Assembly: GCA_044229975.1 (NCBI GenBank)
Contig: JBGARZ010000013.1
Coordinates: forward strand, 160,001-224,000
DNA length: 64,000 bases
Origin: Polyangiales bacterium
GTDB lineage: Bacteria > Myxococcota_A > Polyangia > Polyangiales > Ga0077539
Direction: 5' to 3'
This document shows, piece by piece, positions 9,193 through 20,675 of this stretch. The position numbers and the translations under genes are program-made. How positions within the stretch are numbered: position 1 is the stretch's first letter; each line of letters begins with the position of its first letter. Under the pieces are notes generated by a model. That model saw only the letters and a program-made list of their open reading frames with translations. It was not told where the DNA came from and searched no databases.

Positions 9193-10246
9193 GCGAGCGT
9201 CGCGCGTCGACGCTGAAGCCCCCGGCGACGGCGTCGTCGAGGCGTGATCCGAGGAGCGCGTCGCGCAAGGTGTGGGCGTCGAGCTGCGGGACGCGCAGCG
9301 CCGCGGAGACGACCCAGCGCACGGCGTCGTAGCCGACGGCGGCGAAGGCGCCGGGATGGGCGCGGTGCCTCGCCTCGAAGGCGGCGACAAAGGACTCCAC
9401 CTCCGAGCGCGGCGCCACCGGGCTGAACAGCTCCGAAAAATGCACCCCCACGAGAGCATCGTGGGCGAAGCGTCGGGTCTCCTCGGAGGCCCAGCCGTCG
9501 GCCCCCATGATCTGCGCGGTGACCCTGCCCTGCTTCAGCGCCACAGCGATGTGCCCCGCGTCTTCGCTGGTGGCGGGTGCGTAGACGAGGTCGGCGCCCG
9601 AGGCGCGCACCCGGCCGACGAGGCGAACGAGGTCGGCGTCGTCCTGGTAGGCGTCGCGCAGCACCGTCTCGCCCCCGTTGGCGCGAAACGCCGTGGCGAA
9701 CGCGTCGGCCATGCCCACGTGCAGGAGCGAGCTGCGCCGGTACACGATGGCTGCCTTGCGCCGCTGCATCGACTGCCGCGCGTAGCGGGCCATCGCCTGC
9801 GCCTGCTCGCCGTCGGTGAGCACCGTGCGAAAGACGAAGTCCCCCGCGCGCGAGACGTCCCTCGCCGTGGAGGCCGTCGCGACAAACACCACGCTGCGCC
9901 GCTGGGCTGCCGCCGCGCCGCGCTCGTTGGCGACGGACGAGAGCTCGCCGAAGACGGCGATGGCCCCTTCGCGCTCGATGAGCCGGGTGGTGACGGTGGA
10001 GACGTGCTCTTCGCGGCTCTCGGTGTCGAGCGTGGCGAGGCGGAGGCGGCGGCCGTGGATGCCGCCGCGGAGGTTCTGCTGCTCGACCGCGAGCTCGTAG
10101 CCGTGGAGGAGGTCGGCGCCCCACGGAGCGCGGTCGCCGGTGCGCGGGACGACCGCGCCGAGGGTGATCTCGTTGCCGCGACGCCAGCGGCAACCCGCGG
10201 CGGCGGCGCCCAGGGCGGCGGTGGAGAGGAAGCGCCGTCGGTTCAC
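9122..10246 (-). CDS. Branched-chain amino acid ABC-type substrate-binding protein (LivK-like), Tat-exported
   Basis: NRRRFL twin-arginine signal; GGIHGRRLRL, GADGW and AAVGYDA motifs. Confidence 0.85.
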   Translation of the reverse strand: MNRRRFLSTAALGAAAAGCRWRRGNEITLGAVVPRTGDRAPWGADLLHGYELAVEQQNLRGGIHGRRLRLATLDTESREEHVSTVTTRLIEREGAIAVFGELSSVANERGAAAAQRRSVVFVATASTARDVSRAGDFVFRTVLTDGEQAQAMARYARQSMQRRKAAIVYRRSSLLHVGMADAFATAFRANGGETVLRDAYQDDADLVRLVGRVRASGADLVYAPATSEDAGHIAVALKQGRVTAQIMGADGWASEETRRFAHDALVGVHFSELFSPVAPRSEVESFVAAFEARHRAHPGAFAAVGYDAVRWVVSAALRVPQLDAHTLRDALLGSRLDDAVAGGFSVDARRSLTRAICVQRYETQGVALAAMMTP

Positions 10247-10253
10247 GGGCGGC

Positions 10254-10305
10254 ACCGTACACACCCCGTAGGGCGCTTGTCATCGCGGGAGCGAACGTCT
10301 ATTCC
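10254..10305. promoter_or_regulatory. Back-to-back sigma70-like promoters, both apparently leaderless
   Basis: +: TTGTCA(10277)-17-TATTCC-6nt-ATG10312. -: ATGACA-18-TACGGT-7nt-GTG10246. The -35 boxes overlap. Confidence 0.55.
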
Positions 10306-10311
10306 GCCGCC

Positions 10312-10752
10312 ATGCTGCTCAACGTCCTGCTCGCGACGCACGTGCTCTCGCTGCTGCTCTGGATCGGGAGCCTCGTGAGCATCACGCGCGTGCTCACCGC
10401 CGGCGCGACGGAAGAGCCCGCGGTGCAGGCGCGGTTCGCGGCGCTGGCGCGGCGCATCTACCGGACGGTGTCGTCACCGTGGATGGGCGTCGCCACGCTC
10501 GCGGGCTTCGCGATGATCGGCGTTCGCCACGGCGAGATGTTTCACCACGGGTGGTGGCACGGGAAGTTCACCATGGCGCTGGTGATGCTGGCGCTGCACT
10601 TCGTGCTGGGCGCCCGGGTGCGCGCCGCCGAGGCCGCGGGCCGCACCGACGGCGTCGCCCCGCAGATGCGCCTGCTCCAGCTCGGGGTGCTGCTCACCGC
10701 CACGCTCGCGGTGCTCTTCGTGCTGGTGCTGAAGTACCGCCCCGGGGCGTAG
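10312..10752 (+). CDS. CopD/HemJ (UPF0093)-family membrane protein
   Basis: Four TM helices; [10 protein letters not shown] and GWWHGKF motifs. Confidence 0.7.
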   Translation: MLLNVLLATHVLSLLLWIGSLVSITRVLTAGATEEPAVQARFAALARRIYRTVSSPWMGVATLAGFAMIGVRHGEMFHHGWWHGKFTMALVMLALHFVLGARVRAAEAAGRTDGVAPQMRLLQLGVLLTATLAVLFVLVLKYRPGA

Positions 10753-10808
10753 CGCAGGGCAGTCGGTCTCACGCCACCTGCGGGGAGCGCGACAAGCACG
10801 ACGGCATC

Positions 10809-11099
10809 CTAAGGGGTCTCGTTGAAGAGGTCGGCGACGTCGGCGACGGCCAGGGCGCGCGTCACCCATGCCTGGAGCACTTCGCGGCGAGACTCCGTGT
10901 CGAGCCGGGCGCGGGTGTCGACCGAGAGCGTGAGTCCGCGCGCGGTGAGCACCTGCACGATGGCGAGGCGGAGACCTTGTTCGGTGCCCTTCTCGATGCC
11001 CTTCTCGATGCCCTTCTCGATGCCCTTCTCGATGCCCTTCTCGATGCCGCGTTCGTATTGTCGCTGGAAGAGTTCTTCCGCGAGTTTCTGGGTCTGCAT
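10809..11099 (-). CDS. Putative nested small protein (RpnS-like, 96 aa) from an internal start
   Basis: AAGGAG-6nt-ATG in frame at 11099 ([22 protein letters not shown]...). Confidence 0.55.
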   Translation of the reverse strand: MQTQKLAEELFQRQYERGIEKGIEKGIEKGIEKGIEKGTEQGLRLAIVQVLTARGLTLSVDTRARLDTESRREVLQAWVTRALAVADVADLFNETP

Positions 11100-11747
11100 G
11101 AGGGTCTCCTTCGCTTCGTCGCTAGGATCGTCGCGCAGCTGCAACTCCAACTGCTTGAGGGGGACGGCCACGAGTGTACGCTCCGGCGCGTCGACGGGAA
11201 GGGCGCGCAGATCCTCGATCGCCCGACGAAAGGTCACGCCTCGCCCGAGCGTCCGCACCAGCAACGTGTCCCGCGTGCGCGGCAGCTCGGCCACCACCAC
11301 CAACCGGAAGGTGCCCGCGGGCACTCCCTGGTAACAGCCGCGTGGCCAGGGGGCGGGCATCGGAGCCAGGGCATACGCGCGCATCGCCCGGGTCGGCGGC
11401 CCGGACGACACGCCCCAGAGCCACGGAGGCATCGCGGGAGGCTTCGCCTCGACGCGACGCGCTTCATTGATCAGCACCTGAAACCAGGCGAGCTGCTTGC
11501 GCTGCCACGACGCCATCTCGGCCACGTCAGGGGGCGCGTGGGCGAACTCAAACAGCGCGCGTCGGGCGCCCATGCGCGCCAGGAGGTCGGAGCGCGCAGA
11601 GGCTGTCTTCGTCGTGTGCGCTTCGAAGCGAAGGTCGGCGAACTGCGGGTCGGAGGCGATGCGTGCGTCGCTCTCGGCCGTCCCGAGCGACGCCAGCGCG
11701 GCCTGCGCGAGGTCTTTGGAGAACGTGTCGTAGGGCGTTCGCGACAT
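10809..11747 (-). CDS. Rpn/PD-(D/E)xK-like protein with C-terminal GIEK repeats
   Basis: YDTFSKD N-terminus, ADLRF...LFEF core, [15 protein letters not shown], (GIEK)x5 and DUF4351-like tail. Confidence 0.75.
   Translation of the reverse strand: MSRTPYDTFSKDLAQAALASLGTAESDARIASDPQFADLRFEAHTTKTASARSDLLARMGARRALFEFAHAPPDVAEMASWQRKQLAWFQVLINEARRVEAKPPAMPPWLWGVSSGPPTRAMRAYALAPMPAPWPRGCYQGVPAGTFRLVVVAELPRTRDTLLVRTLGRGVTFRRAIEDLRALPVDAPERTLVAVPLKQLELQLRDDPSDEAKETLMQTQKLAEELFQRQYERGIEKGIEKGIEKGIEKGIEKGTEQGLRLAIVQVLTARGLTLSVDTRARLDTESRREVLQAWVTRALAVADVADLFNETP
10985..11048 (-). repeat. 12-bp perfect tandem repeat x5.3 (encodes GIEK)
   Basis: TGCCCTTCTCGA repeated on the + strand. Confidence 0.95.
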
Positions 11748-11840
11748 CGAGCGGACGACAGTGGTCCCACGCCGCCTTCCGCGACGGCAAGTGCCGACCA
11801 CCCCGGCGACATCGATCGTCGGTTCGAGGCGAAGCGGTTG

Positions 11841-13178
11841 CTACCAGACGTCCGCCCGCGCCCGCGCCGACCGCAGCCCCACGGCCTCGGCCCCCATCGC
11901 GCGAAACACCTCCGCCCTCACGCGCGCCGCCAGCGTCAGCCGCCGCACCCGCACGCCCACGCCGCTCGGGCCCGCCTCCCACGCCGACACCGCGCCCACC
12001 GCCGCGCCGGCGCCCGCGCGCTGCACCCGCGCCCCCAGCGCGCCGCCGTAGCGCTCCACGCTCCCGGCCGCGATGAGCCACACCCACTGCGTGATCTCGC
12101 CTTCGGTCAGCATCGCCTCGCCCGGCGCCAGCTGCACCGGCTCGAAGCGCGAGTACAGCGACGCGCGCTGCGACGGCTCCACCGAGGCCAGCAGCGACGA
12201 GGCGTGGCCCAGCGCCGCGAACGACCGCTCCCACGCGCTCTCCTCCAGCGCCACCCGCACGCCGTCGTACTGCCGCGCGAGCGCTTGAAGCACCGTCGGC
12301 GCCACACACAGCGCCCGCCCCGCGGTGCGCGCCTCGGCGCGGAAGAGGCACCCGCTCTCGTAGTACGCCGACAGCTCGCCCACGAAGTCGCCGGGCCCGA
12401 GCTGCGCCCCGATGGGAACTCCCCCCACCGAGAGCTGCACCTGCCCCTCGATGATGACCCAAAGCGGCGCCGCCACGGCGTGGTCACCCGGCGTGGGGAG
12501 GGAGAGTTCTTGCCCGGCGTGCAGCGGGACGATGACGCTCTCCCGCGCAAGTGCGCGCACCCGGTCGCTGAACAGGTCGGCGAAGAGCGGCAGCGCCATG
12601 AGCAGCGCCGCGGCGCCTTCGGAGGCCATGGCGCGCGCCGGATCGTAGCCGACGGAGACGCTCACCACCGGCGCCGTGAGCGCGGGCGCCGGAACGGGCG
12701 GCCCCACCTGCAGCACCGCCGCCGACGCGTGCAGCGAGGGCGGCGCGTGCAGCGCGGGCGCGGCGACGGGCACGAGGGTCATCGGCGCCATCGGGGTCGG
12801 GAGCTCGTCGTCGGGGACGTGCGGCTCGGGCATGCGCACGTTGGTCGGCGCCGGGACGCGCTCGGTCGGAGGCGACGTGTCCTCCGGCGGAGGCCCCGAC
12901 AGAAACATATCGAACGGCGGCAGGGAGTCCGGCGGCGGGGCCGTGGACATCGGCGCGGGCGGGGGCGGCTCGGACAGCGCCGCGACCTGCTTGGCGACGG
13001 CGAGCGCGCGGTCGTCGAGGCCCGCGTCCATGAGGTGCTCGGCCGCCCGACGAAACCAGTTGCGCGCCCCCTGAAGGTCGCCCTTCGCCTGGAGCGTCTC
13101 GGCGGTGGCCAGGGCCCAGTCCGCCTCCTCCGCGGCCTCGCTCTCCGGGGTCGATGCGCCGTGGTCGTCAGTTCCCAT
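11841..13178 (-). CDS. Cyclic-nucleotide-binding domain protein (two cNMP-like domains, Pro-rich linker, TPR-like N-terminus)
   Basis: LWVIIEGQV...GDFVGELS and [10 protein letters not shown] motifs. Confidence 0.75.
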   Translation of the reverse strand: MGTDDHGASTPESEAAEEADWALATAETLQAKGDLQGARNWFRRAAEHLMDAGLDDRALAVAKQVAALSEPPPPAPMSTAPPPDSLPPFDMFLSGPPPEDTSPPTERVPAPTNVRMPEPHVPDDELPTPMAPMTLVPVAAPALHAPPSLHASAAVLQVGPPVPAPALTAPVVSVSVGYDPARAMASEGAAALLMALPLFADLFSDRVRALARESVIVPLHAGQELSLPTPGDHAVAAPLWVIIEGQVQLSVGGVPIGAQLGPGDFVGELSAYYESGCLFRAEARTAGRALCVAPTVLQALARQYDGVRVALEESAWERSFAALGHASSLLASVEPSQRASLYSRFEPVQLAPGEAMLTEGEITQWVWLIAAGSVERYGGALGARVQRAGAGAAVGAVSAWEAGPSGVGVRVRRLTLAARVRAEVFRAMGAEAVGLRSARARADVW

Positions 13179-13220
13179 CGAGGGAAGTTGCTACACGCGC
13201 CCCCGCGCGACCGCAATGCT

Positions 13221-15176
13221 TCAAGACCGATCGACCACCCGCAGCGCCGCGACGTACCGCTCCCAGGTGCCGGCCACCGAGAGCAGCTTCGCCGCCTCGT
13301 CGATGGCCGCGTACACCGGCACCAGCGCCTCGCTCACGGTGAAGCGCGCGCGGATGGTGTCCACCTCCGAACGCCGCACCTCCAGCGCCGCCTGCGCCGC
13401 GCGCCGCGTCGCCCACGCGCTCACGCCCAGCACCACCAGCAGGTCGCGCCGCGTCGACGCCTCGACCAGCGCGCGCAATCGGGTGCGCTCCGGCCCCGGC
13501 GGAACCTGTCCATCAGCCAACGCGTGGGCCACGCCCTCCACCCGCAAGAGCTGCAACCACTGCAACGCCACCAGCACCGGGAGCGCCGCGTCGCCGTGGG
13601 CGCGCACCAGCGTCGCGATGTCGGTGCGCCGCGTCGCCAGCGCCGCCACGCGCTCGTTGGGTTGCAGCGGGAGCGCCGCGAGGGCCGTCCCGTCGCCGCG
13701 CAGCGTGAGCTCGGTGCCGTCGCCCCCGAGGAGCTGGTAGGCCACCGCGGGCTCGATGCGCGCGCGGGCCGCGTTGACCAGCAGCGCGTCGAGGGCCCGC
13801 GTCGGAAACGGGATGCTCAGCGAGCTCGTACGCGGTCGGATCTCCCAGGTGAACTGCTCCAGACAGAGCAGGTCGAAGGCCACCTCCTGCGCAGCGCGGG
13901 CGAGCGTCGCGACGAGCGCGTCGGCGGCCACGTACCCCTGGGCCGCGAGCAGCGCCGCCCCGCGCGGACCCACGTCGAGCGACACCGCCGCGAAGCGCGC
14001 GGCCTCCTGTGGGACGAACCCCAGGCGCGCGAGCAGCGGCCCCACCTGCTCGTCGGACTGGCTGCTGTGCAGCGAGAGCAGGTGCCCGTTGGCCACCGAG
14101 AGCTGCCACTCCCGCGAGCCCTCGCGGATGACGATGTCGCCGGTGGCGCGCACCCGCCACGCGGCGCTGAAGAGGGGACCGAGGCCGTAGCGATCGAGCT
14201 TGCCCCCGAGGCGCGCGTCGCCGTCCACCGGCAGCGGAACCACCGGCGCCACCTCCAGTCCCTCGCGCGGCGGACGACGATCAAGGCCCACGCGGGTGGT
14301 GGACACCGCGGCGGTGGAGACGGTGACCCCCTCGACGCGGGTGTCGTCGTCGAGGGCGCCCTCCAGGGGTTCGAGGAGCTCTGGCGGCACGAGCTCGTCG
14401 AGGGAGTCGTCGCCCTGCGCGGTGAGCTCCAGGGCCGCGGGGTCGGAGCCCACGAGCTGCAGCGCGCGGCGCAGGGTCTCCTCGACGTCGTGGCCGAGGT
14501 CGTGCGGAACCCACGGCGCGTTGTCATCAAGGCTCGCCTCGACGTCGGCGAGCCACGCATGAACGGCCGAGGGCGAGCCCGTCGGCGCGTCGGCCGGGAC
14601 GCCCACCGGCGCCATCGACGACGTGCTGAGCGTGAGCACCGGCATGCTCGACGGGGTGATGGCAGGCATCGGGGTCGCCGTCGGCGGGCGCCGCGGAATG
14701 GGCGTCTCCATCTTGGCGACGGCCGAGGCCGCGAGGGCGCGCAGCTTCGGCGGCGTGATGGGCGCGATGCGGCGCGACGACGGCGGCGGCGGCGCGCTCG
14801 GAAACGCGGTGGTGACCATCGAACCGAGCAGCTCGACCAGCGACTCGGGCAGCACGGGCCGCGGCAGGATGACGTCGGCGCCCGACTTGAGCGCGCGCGC
14901 GCTGATGGTCGTCCCGACGCCCAGCAGCACCACCGGCACGGGGCCCGCGCGACGCAGCCGCTGCACGGCCTCGCGCACCCCGGGGACGGCCTCGTCGAGC
15001 ACCACGAGCCGCGCCCGCTCGGCGAGCGCCACCTCGTCGAGGCGCTCGGCCGTCGACGACACCACGAGGTAGCGGGCCTTGCGGAGCGCGTCGATGAGCG
15101 CCCCGTCTTCGGGCGTCAGCACCACGACCACTCGTTGGAGCGGTCGGGCCTCGATGATGTCGCCTGGGTCAGCCAA
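13221..15176 (-). CDS. Degenerate receiver + Pro-rich linker + DUF4388-like domain + J-domain-like C-terminus
   Basis: GAGGGAG before TTG 15176; LVVLD...[17 protein letters not shown]...VANGHL; LGRLGF-like helix. Confidence 0.65.
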   Translation of the reverse strand: MADPGDIIEARPLQRVVVVLTPEDGALIDALRKARYLVVSSTAERLDEVALAERARLVVLDEAVPGVREAVQRLRRAGPVPVVLLGVGTTISARALKSGADVILPRPVLPESLVELLGSMVTTAFPSAPPPPSSRRIAPITPPKLRALAASAVAKMETPIPRRPPTATPMPAITPSSMPVLTLSTSSMAPVGVPADAPTGSPSAVHAWLADVEASLDDNAPWVPHDLGHDVEETLRRALQLVGSDPAALELTAQGDDSLDELVPPELLEPLEGALDDDTRVEGVTVSTAAVSTTRVGLDRRPPREGLEVAPVVPLPVDGDARLGGKLDRYGLGPLFSAAWRVRATGDIVIREGSREWQLSVANGHLLSLHSSQSDEQVGPLLARLGFVPQEAARFAAVSLDVGPRGAALLAAQGYVAADALVATLARAAQEVAFDLLCLEQFTWEIRPRTSSLSIPFPTRALDALLVNAARARIEPAVAYQLLGGDGTELTLRGDGTALAALPLQPNERVAALATRRTDIATLVRAHGDAALPVLVALQWLQLLRVEGVAHALADGQVPPGPERTRLRALVEASTRRDLLVVLGVSAWATRRAAQAALEVRRSEVDTIRARFTVSEALVPVYAAIDEAAKLLSVAGTWERYVAALRVVDRS

Positions 15177-15281
15177 CGAGTCTCCCTCAGGGGGCGCATG
15201 GTATCCGGTTCGGCCGTCGGCCGCAGCAACGAGAACGCGCAGCGCGACAGCGAGTGGATGGTCTATTCTCCGTCCTCGCCC

Positions 15282-17266
<1,985 letters not shown>

Positions 17267-17363
17267 CACCCGCGATTGAACATCCCCAGGGTGAAGCTTC
17301 GTCGGTATGCTGCCGTCCTCACGAACCCGTTACCCACTTCAATGGCCCCACGGAGTTGATCCC

Positions 17364-18350
17364 ATGCGAACCCTCCCCCGCGTACTCACCATCCTCGCCT
17401 TCGCCGTCCCCGTCGGTTGCACCATCCGCACGGTCCCCGCGCAGTCGACCCTCTACGCGCAGCCCACCGCGGTCGCCGTCGGTCAGCCCACCGCGGTCGC
17501 CGTCGGCCAGCCCACTGGCGTCGCCGTCGCGGTCGGTCAGCCTGGTTACGCAGGCGCGTCGGTCAACGGCTCCGGCTGGGGTACCCCGGGCGTCAGCGGA
17601 AGCGTGACCGTCGGCGGCTCGGTCGGCGGAACGTGGGGCGGCGGCGCCCCCCAGCCCGGCGTCGGCGTCGGCGTCAACGTCGGTCAGCCCGCGCAGCCCG
17701 GCTACGCGGTCGGCGTCGGTCAGCCCGCGCAGCCCGGCTACGCGGTCGGCGTCGGTCAGCCCGCGCAGCCCGGTTACGCGGTCGGCGTCGGCCAGCCCGC
17801 GCAGCCCGGTTACGCGGTCGGCGTCGGTACGCCCGCGCAGCCTCCGATCGGCGTCGGCGTCGCGGTCGCCCAGCCCGTGCAGCCCACCATTGGCGGCGGC
17901 GTTGGCATCGCCCAGCCTGTGCGACCGATGCAGCCCGGCATCAACGGTGGTGTCGGCATCGCCCAGCCCGTGCGACCCATGCAGCCTGGCATCAACAGCG
18001 GCGTCGGCATCGCCCAGCCTGTGCAGCCGATGCAGCCCGGCATCAACGGCGGTGTCGGCATCGCTCAGCCCGTGCGACCCGTGCAGCCCACGATGAACGG
18101 CGGCGTCGGCATCGCTCAGCCCGTCCAGCCGATGCAGCCCACCGTCAACGGCGGTGTGGGCATCGCCCAGCCCGTGCGGCCCGTGCAGCCCGCCATCAAC
18201 GGTGGCGTTGGCGTCGTGCAGCCGGTGCGTCCGGTCGGTGGGGCCACCGTCGCCTCGCCGGGCGCCATCACCACGCCGCTCCCGCCCATCATCCGTCGCC
18301 CCATCGACCCGTCGCAGATCACCGCCCAGCCCGTCCCGATGCCGCGCTGA
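17364..18350 (+). CDS. Pro/Gln/Gly/Val-rich repetitive lipoprotein
   Basis: GGAG SD; lipobox PVGC; three repeat families. Confidence 0.8.
   Translation: MRTLPRVLTILAFAVPVGCTIRTVPAQSTLYAQPTAVAVGQPTAVAVGQPTGVAVAVGQPGYAGASVNGSGWGTPGVSGSVTVGGSVGGTWGGGAPQPGVGVGVNVGQPAQPGYAVGVGQPAQPGYAVGVGQPAQPGYAVGVGQPAQPGYAVGVGTPAQPPIGVGVAVAQPVQPTIGGGVGIAQPVRPMQPGINGGVGIAQPVRPMQPGINSGVGIAQPVQPMQPGINGGVGIAQPVRPVQPTMNGGVGIAQPVQPMQPTVNGGVGIAQPVRPVQPAINGGVGVVQPVRPVGGATVASPGAITTPLPPIIRRPIDPSQITAQPVPMPR
17679..17843 (+). repeat. 36-bp tandem repeat x4.5 (VGQPAQPGYAVG)
   Basis: Directly visible. Confidence 0.9.
17895..18236 (+). repeat. 51-bp tandem repeat x~6.7 (GGVGIAQPVRPMQPGIN)
   Basis: Directly visible; degenerate at synonymous sites. 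Confidence 0.9.
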
Positions 18351-18463
18351 CATACCCGCCCGGGTATTCTCACCCCGCCCTCCCCGCCGCTCGCCCCCGT
18401 CCCCCGACCGACCGACCGCTCCGCCCGTGCGCTCCCTCGCGCCGCGCGTCATGCGATGGCCCG

Positions 18464-19435
18464 ATGCGTACGCGCTTGATCATCCCGGCCTCGGTGTTTG
18501 CGCTCGTCGCGGCGGCGCTCTTCCTCGAACGCTCGCCGCCCGACCCCGACTCGCTTTTCGGTCACGCCATCCGCGCCGAGCCCGTCCACCTCGTCGTGCA
18601 CGCCGCGCTCTACGCGAGCCTCGCGGCGCTCCTCGCGTGGCGCTGGTTTCCCCCATCGGCGCTCGCCGCCCCGCGCGCTTCGCTCTGGCGTCGCGGCCTC
18701 GCCGCCAGCGCCATCTTCGCGTTCGCGGCCGGCGCGCAGGAACTCGCCCAGGCCCTCAGCCGCGGACGCGCGCCCTGCATGGAGGAGTACTTCGACCTCT
18801 CCGTCGACGTGGCCGGCGCGTGCCTCGGCGTCATCGCGTGGTCCATGGCCGACGCCCGTCGCCGCTACCCCGTGGCCCGCGCCCTCGGCGTCCTCCTGCA
18901 CCCGGCCATCGTCGGCCCGCTCGGCATGTACGCCGTGCTCCACAGCGCGCTCGCCGACCCGCGCGCCGCCGCCCGTTGGACGGCCCTCGGCGTCGCCGCG
19001 ACGCTCCCCGTCGCCGCCGTGTGGCAGGTCGGGCTGCGCCGCGGCTGGTTCGACGACCGCGACCTCTCGGTGCGCTCCCAGCGACCCGCGTTTCTGCTGG
19101 TGGCGATGCTCTGCGCGGCCGGCCTCTACGCGTCGGTGATCGCCCTCGACGCACCCACCGTGGTGCGCCACGTCGCGCTCGCGGGCGCGCTCGCCGCGGT
19201 GCTGGTGACAACCGCGACGGTCGCTGGGCTCAAGGTGAGCGGACACGTCGCCGTGCCGGTGGGCGTGATGGTGCTGCTACAGGCCACGTCGTTTCGTGGT
19301 CCGTGGCCCTTCGTGCTGGCGGCCGTGGCGGTGAGCTGGGCGAGGGTGCGGGAGGGGCGGCACACGCCGCGCGAGGTGATCGGGGGTTGGGCCATCGCGG
19401 GCGCCTCGGGGCTGCTCACGCGATGGGCGGGGTGA
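18464..19435 (+). CDS. Polytopic membrane protein (VanZ-like N-terminus, PAP2-like C-terminus)
   Basis: HAALY...QELAQ...FDLSVD; KVSGH and RVREGRHT...V..G motifs. Confidence 0.65.
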   Translation: MRTRLIIPASVFALVAAALFLERSPPDPDSLFGHAIRAEPVHLVVHAALYASLAALLAWRWFPPSALAAPRASLWRRGLAASAIFAFAAGAQELAQALSRGRAPCMEEYFDLSVDVAGACLGVIAWSMADARRRYPVARALGVLLHPAIVGPLGMYAVLHSALADPRAAARWTALGVAATLPVAAVWQVGLRRGWFDDRDLSVRSQRPAFLLVAMLCAAGLYASVIALDAPTVVRHVALAGALAAVLVTTATVAGLKVSGHVAVPVGVMVLLQATSFRGPWPFVLAAVAVSWARVREGRHTPREVIGGWAIAGASGLLTRWAG

Positions 19436-19438
19436 CCG

Positions 19439-20089
19439 TCAGCGGGGGTCGCGGAGCTGCGCCTTCACCGCGTCGGTCATGAACATGTAGACGAGCCACA
19501 CGAAGGGCGCGAAGAGGCCGTTCACGTAGGGGATCACCTGCATCACGCAGCAGGCGAGGGCGAGTGACTTCGGGGCGCGCGCGGAGCGGCCGCTCTGCAT
19601 CATCACGCTGTCGAGGGCCTCGCAGTACCCGAGGTTCTGCGCGAACACCCAGTACAGGTTGTAGAGCGGGACGAACTCGAAGCCGACCGCGGCGGCGGGG
19701 CTGATCTCGCGACCGCTGGCGGTGCGCCGGTATTCGCGCGGGAGAAACTGCCAGGACTTGTAGACCCACGTCAGGCACGACACGCCCCAGACGCAGACCG
19801 TGGCGAGCCACAGCAGTCCGGTGACCCCCAGGGCGACGTCGTGGGGCCCAGCTTGTTCGACGCCCTCCGACATGGCCGCAAACGCGCAGAACGCGATGAA
19901 CATCGGGATGCCCACCACCATGCTCGCGAGGGCGACCCACTTCACCGCGAAGCCGCCCGACCCCGCGGGCACGATGGTGGTGCTCGGCCCGTAGGGAGAC
20001 GCGCCCCAGGGCATGGACGTGGGAGGCAGGCCGTAGCCCCCGGGCGGCGGGTACTGCGGCGATCCGTACGGCGGCATGGTGGGTTGCAT
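19439..20089 (-). CDS. Membrane protein (DUF4328-like) with Pro-rich N-terminus
   Basis: TM helices; SPAAAVG.EFVPLYNLYW motif. Confidence 0.7.
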   Translation of the reverse strand: MQPTMPPYGSPQYPPPGGYGLPPTSMPWGASPYGPSTTIVPAGSGGFAVKWVALASMVVGIPMFIAFCAFAAMSEGVEQAGPHDVALGVTGLLWLATVCVWGVSCLTWVYKSWQFLPREYRRTASGREISPAAAVGFEFVPLYNLYWVFAQNLGYCEALDSVMMQSGRSARAPKSLALACCVMQVIPYVNGLFAPFVWLVYMFMTDAVKAQLRDPR

Positions 20090-20216
20090 CGTCGGGTGTT
20101 GCTCCGGTGGGCGATGGGGGAGACGGTTCTATGGACGTACGTTCTCGCGAGAGCGCGCGTCAACCACGGGGGCGCCCGCTTGACGCGCGGTGGGCGCGCG
20201 ATGTGGCATCGCCCGC

Positions 20217-20675
20217 ATGGACAGGATCATCGAGAAGCAGTGGTACTACGAGGTCGGCCCGCAGCGGGTGGGCCCGCTCCCGTGGGAGAGCTTCCTCCAG
20301 GCCGCGCGCGAGAACCGCTTCGGCCCGCACAGCCGCGTGTGGTCCGACGGGTGGACCGACTGGGTCCCCGCGGTGCAGGTGCCGGGCCTCTTCGCCGCGA
20401 CCAACGGCCCCACCACCACCGCGGCCGAGCGCGCCATCCTCCCGGTGGGCCGGACGGGATCCGCCATCGCCGCGGGCTACCTCGGGCTGCTCAGCCCCCT
20501 CCCCCCCTTCGCCCCGTTCGCCCTCGTCTTCGGCGTCATCGCGCTGCGCACCCTCAAGCGCGAACCCCACCTCCACGGCGCCGGGCGCGCGTGGTTTGGC
20601 ATCGTCATGGGGGCGCTCTTCTCGTTCATCTACGGGTTCGCGTTCCTGCAATCACGCGCGCACGGTGGCGGGTGA
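20217..20675 (+). CDS. GYF_2 (DUF4339) + DUF4190-like membrane protein
   Basis: WYY...QRVGP...VWSDGWTDW; AIAAGYLGL...GRAWFG. Confidence 0.8.
   Translation: MDRIIEKQWYYEVGPQRVGPLPWESFLQAARENRFGPHSRVWSDGWTDWVPAVQVPGLFAATNGPTTTAAERAILPVGRTGSAIAAGYLGLLSPLPPFAPFALVFGVIALRTLKREPHLHGAGRAWFGIVMGALFSFIYGFAFLQSRAHGGG

Noticed and set aside
10479..15281. 5' part of the 1938-aa + strand ORF, and similar long Arg/Gly-rich ORFs throughout
   Set aside because: Shadow ORFs antisense to real genes in high-GC DNA; only the 3' ABC ATPase part is protein-like.
17679..18236. Regular 36/51-bp repeats as a possible CRISPR array
   Set aside because: No unique spacers, in frame with synonymous variation, and no cas genes.
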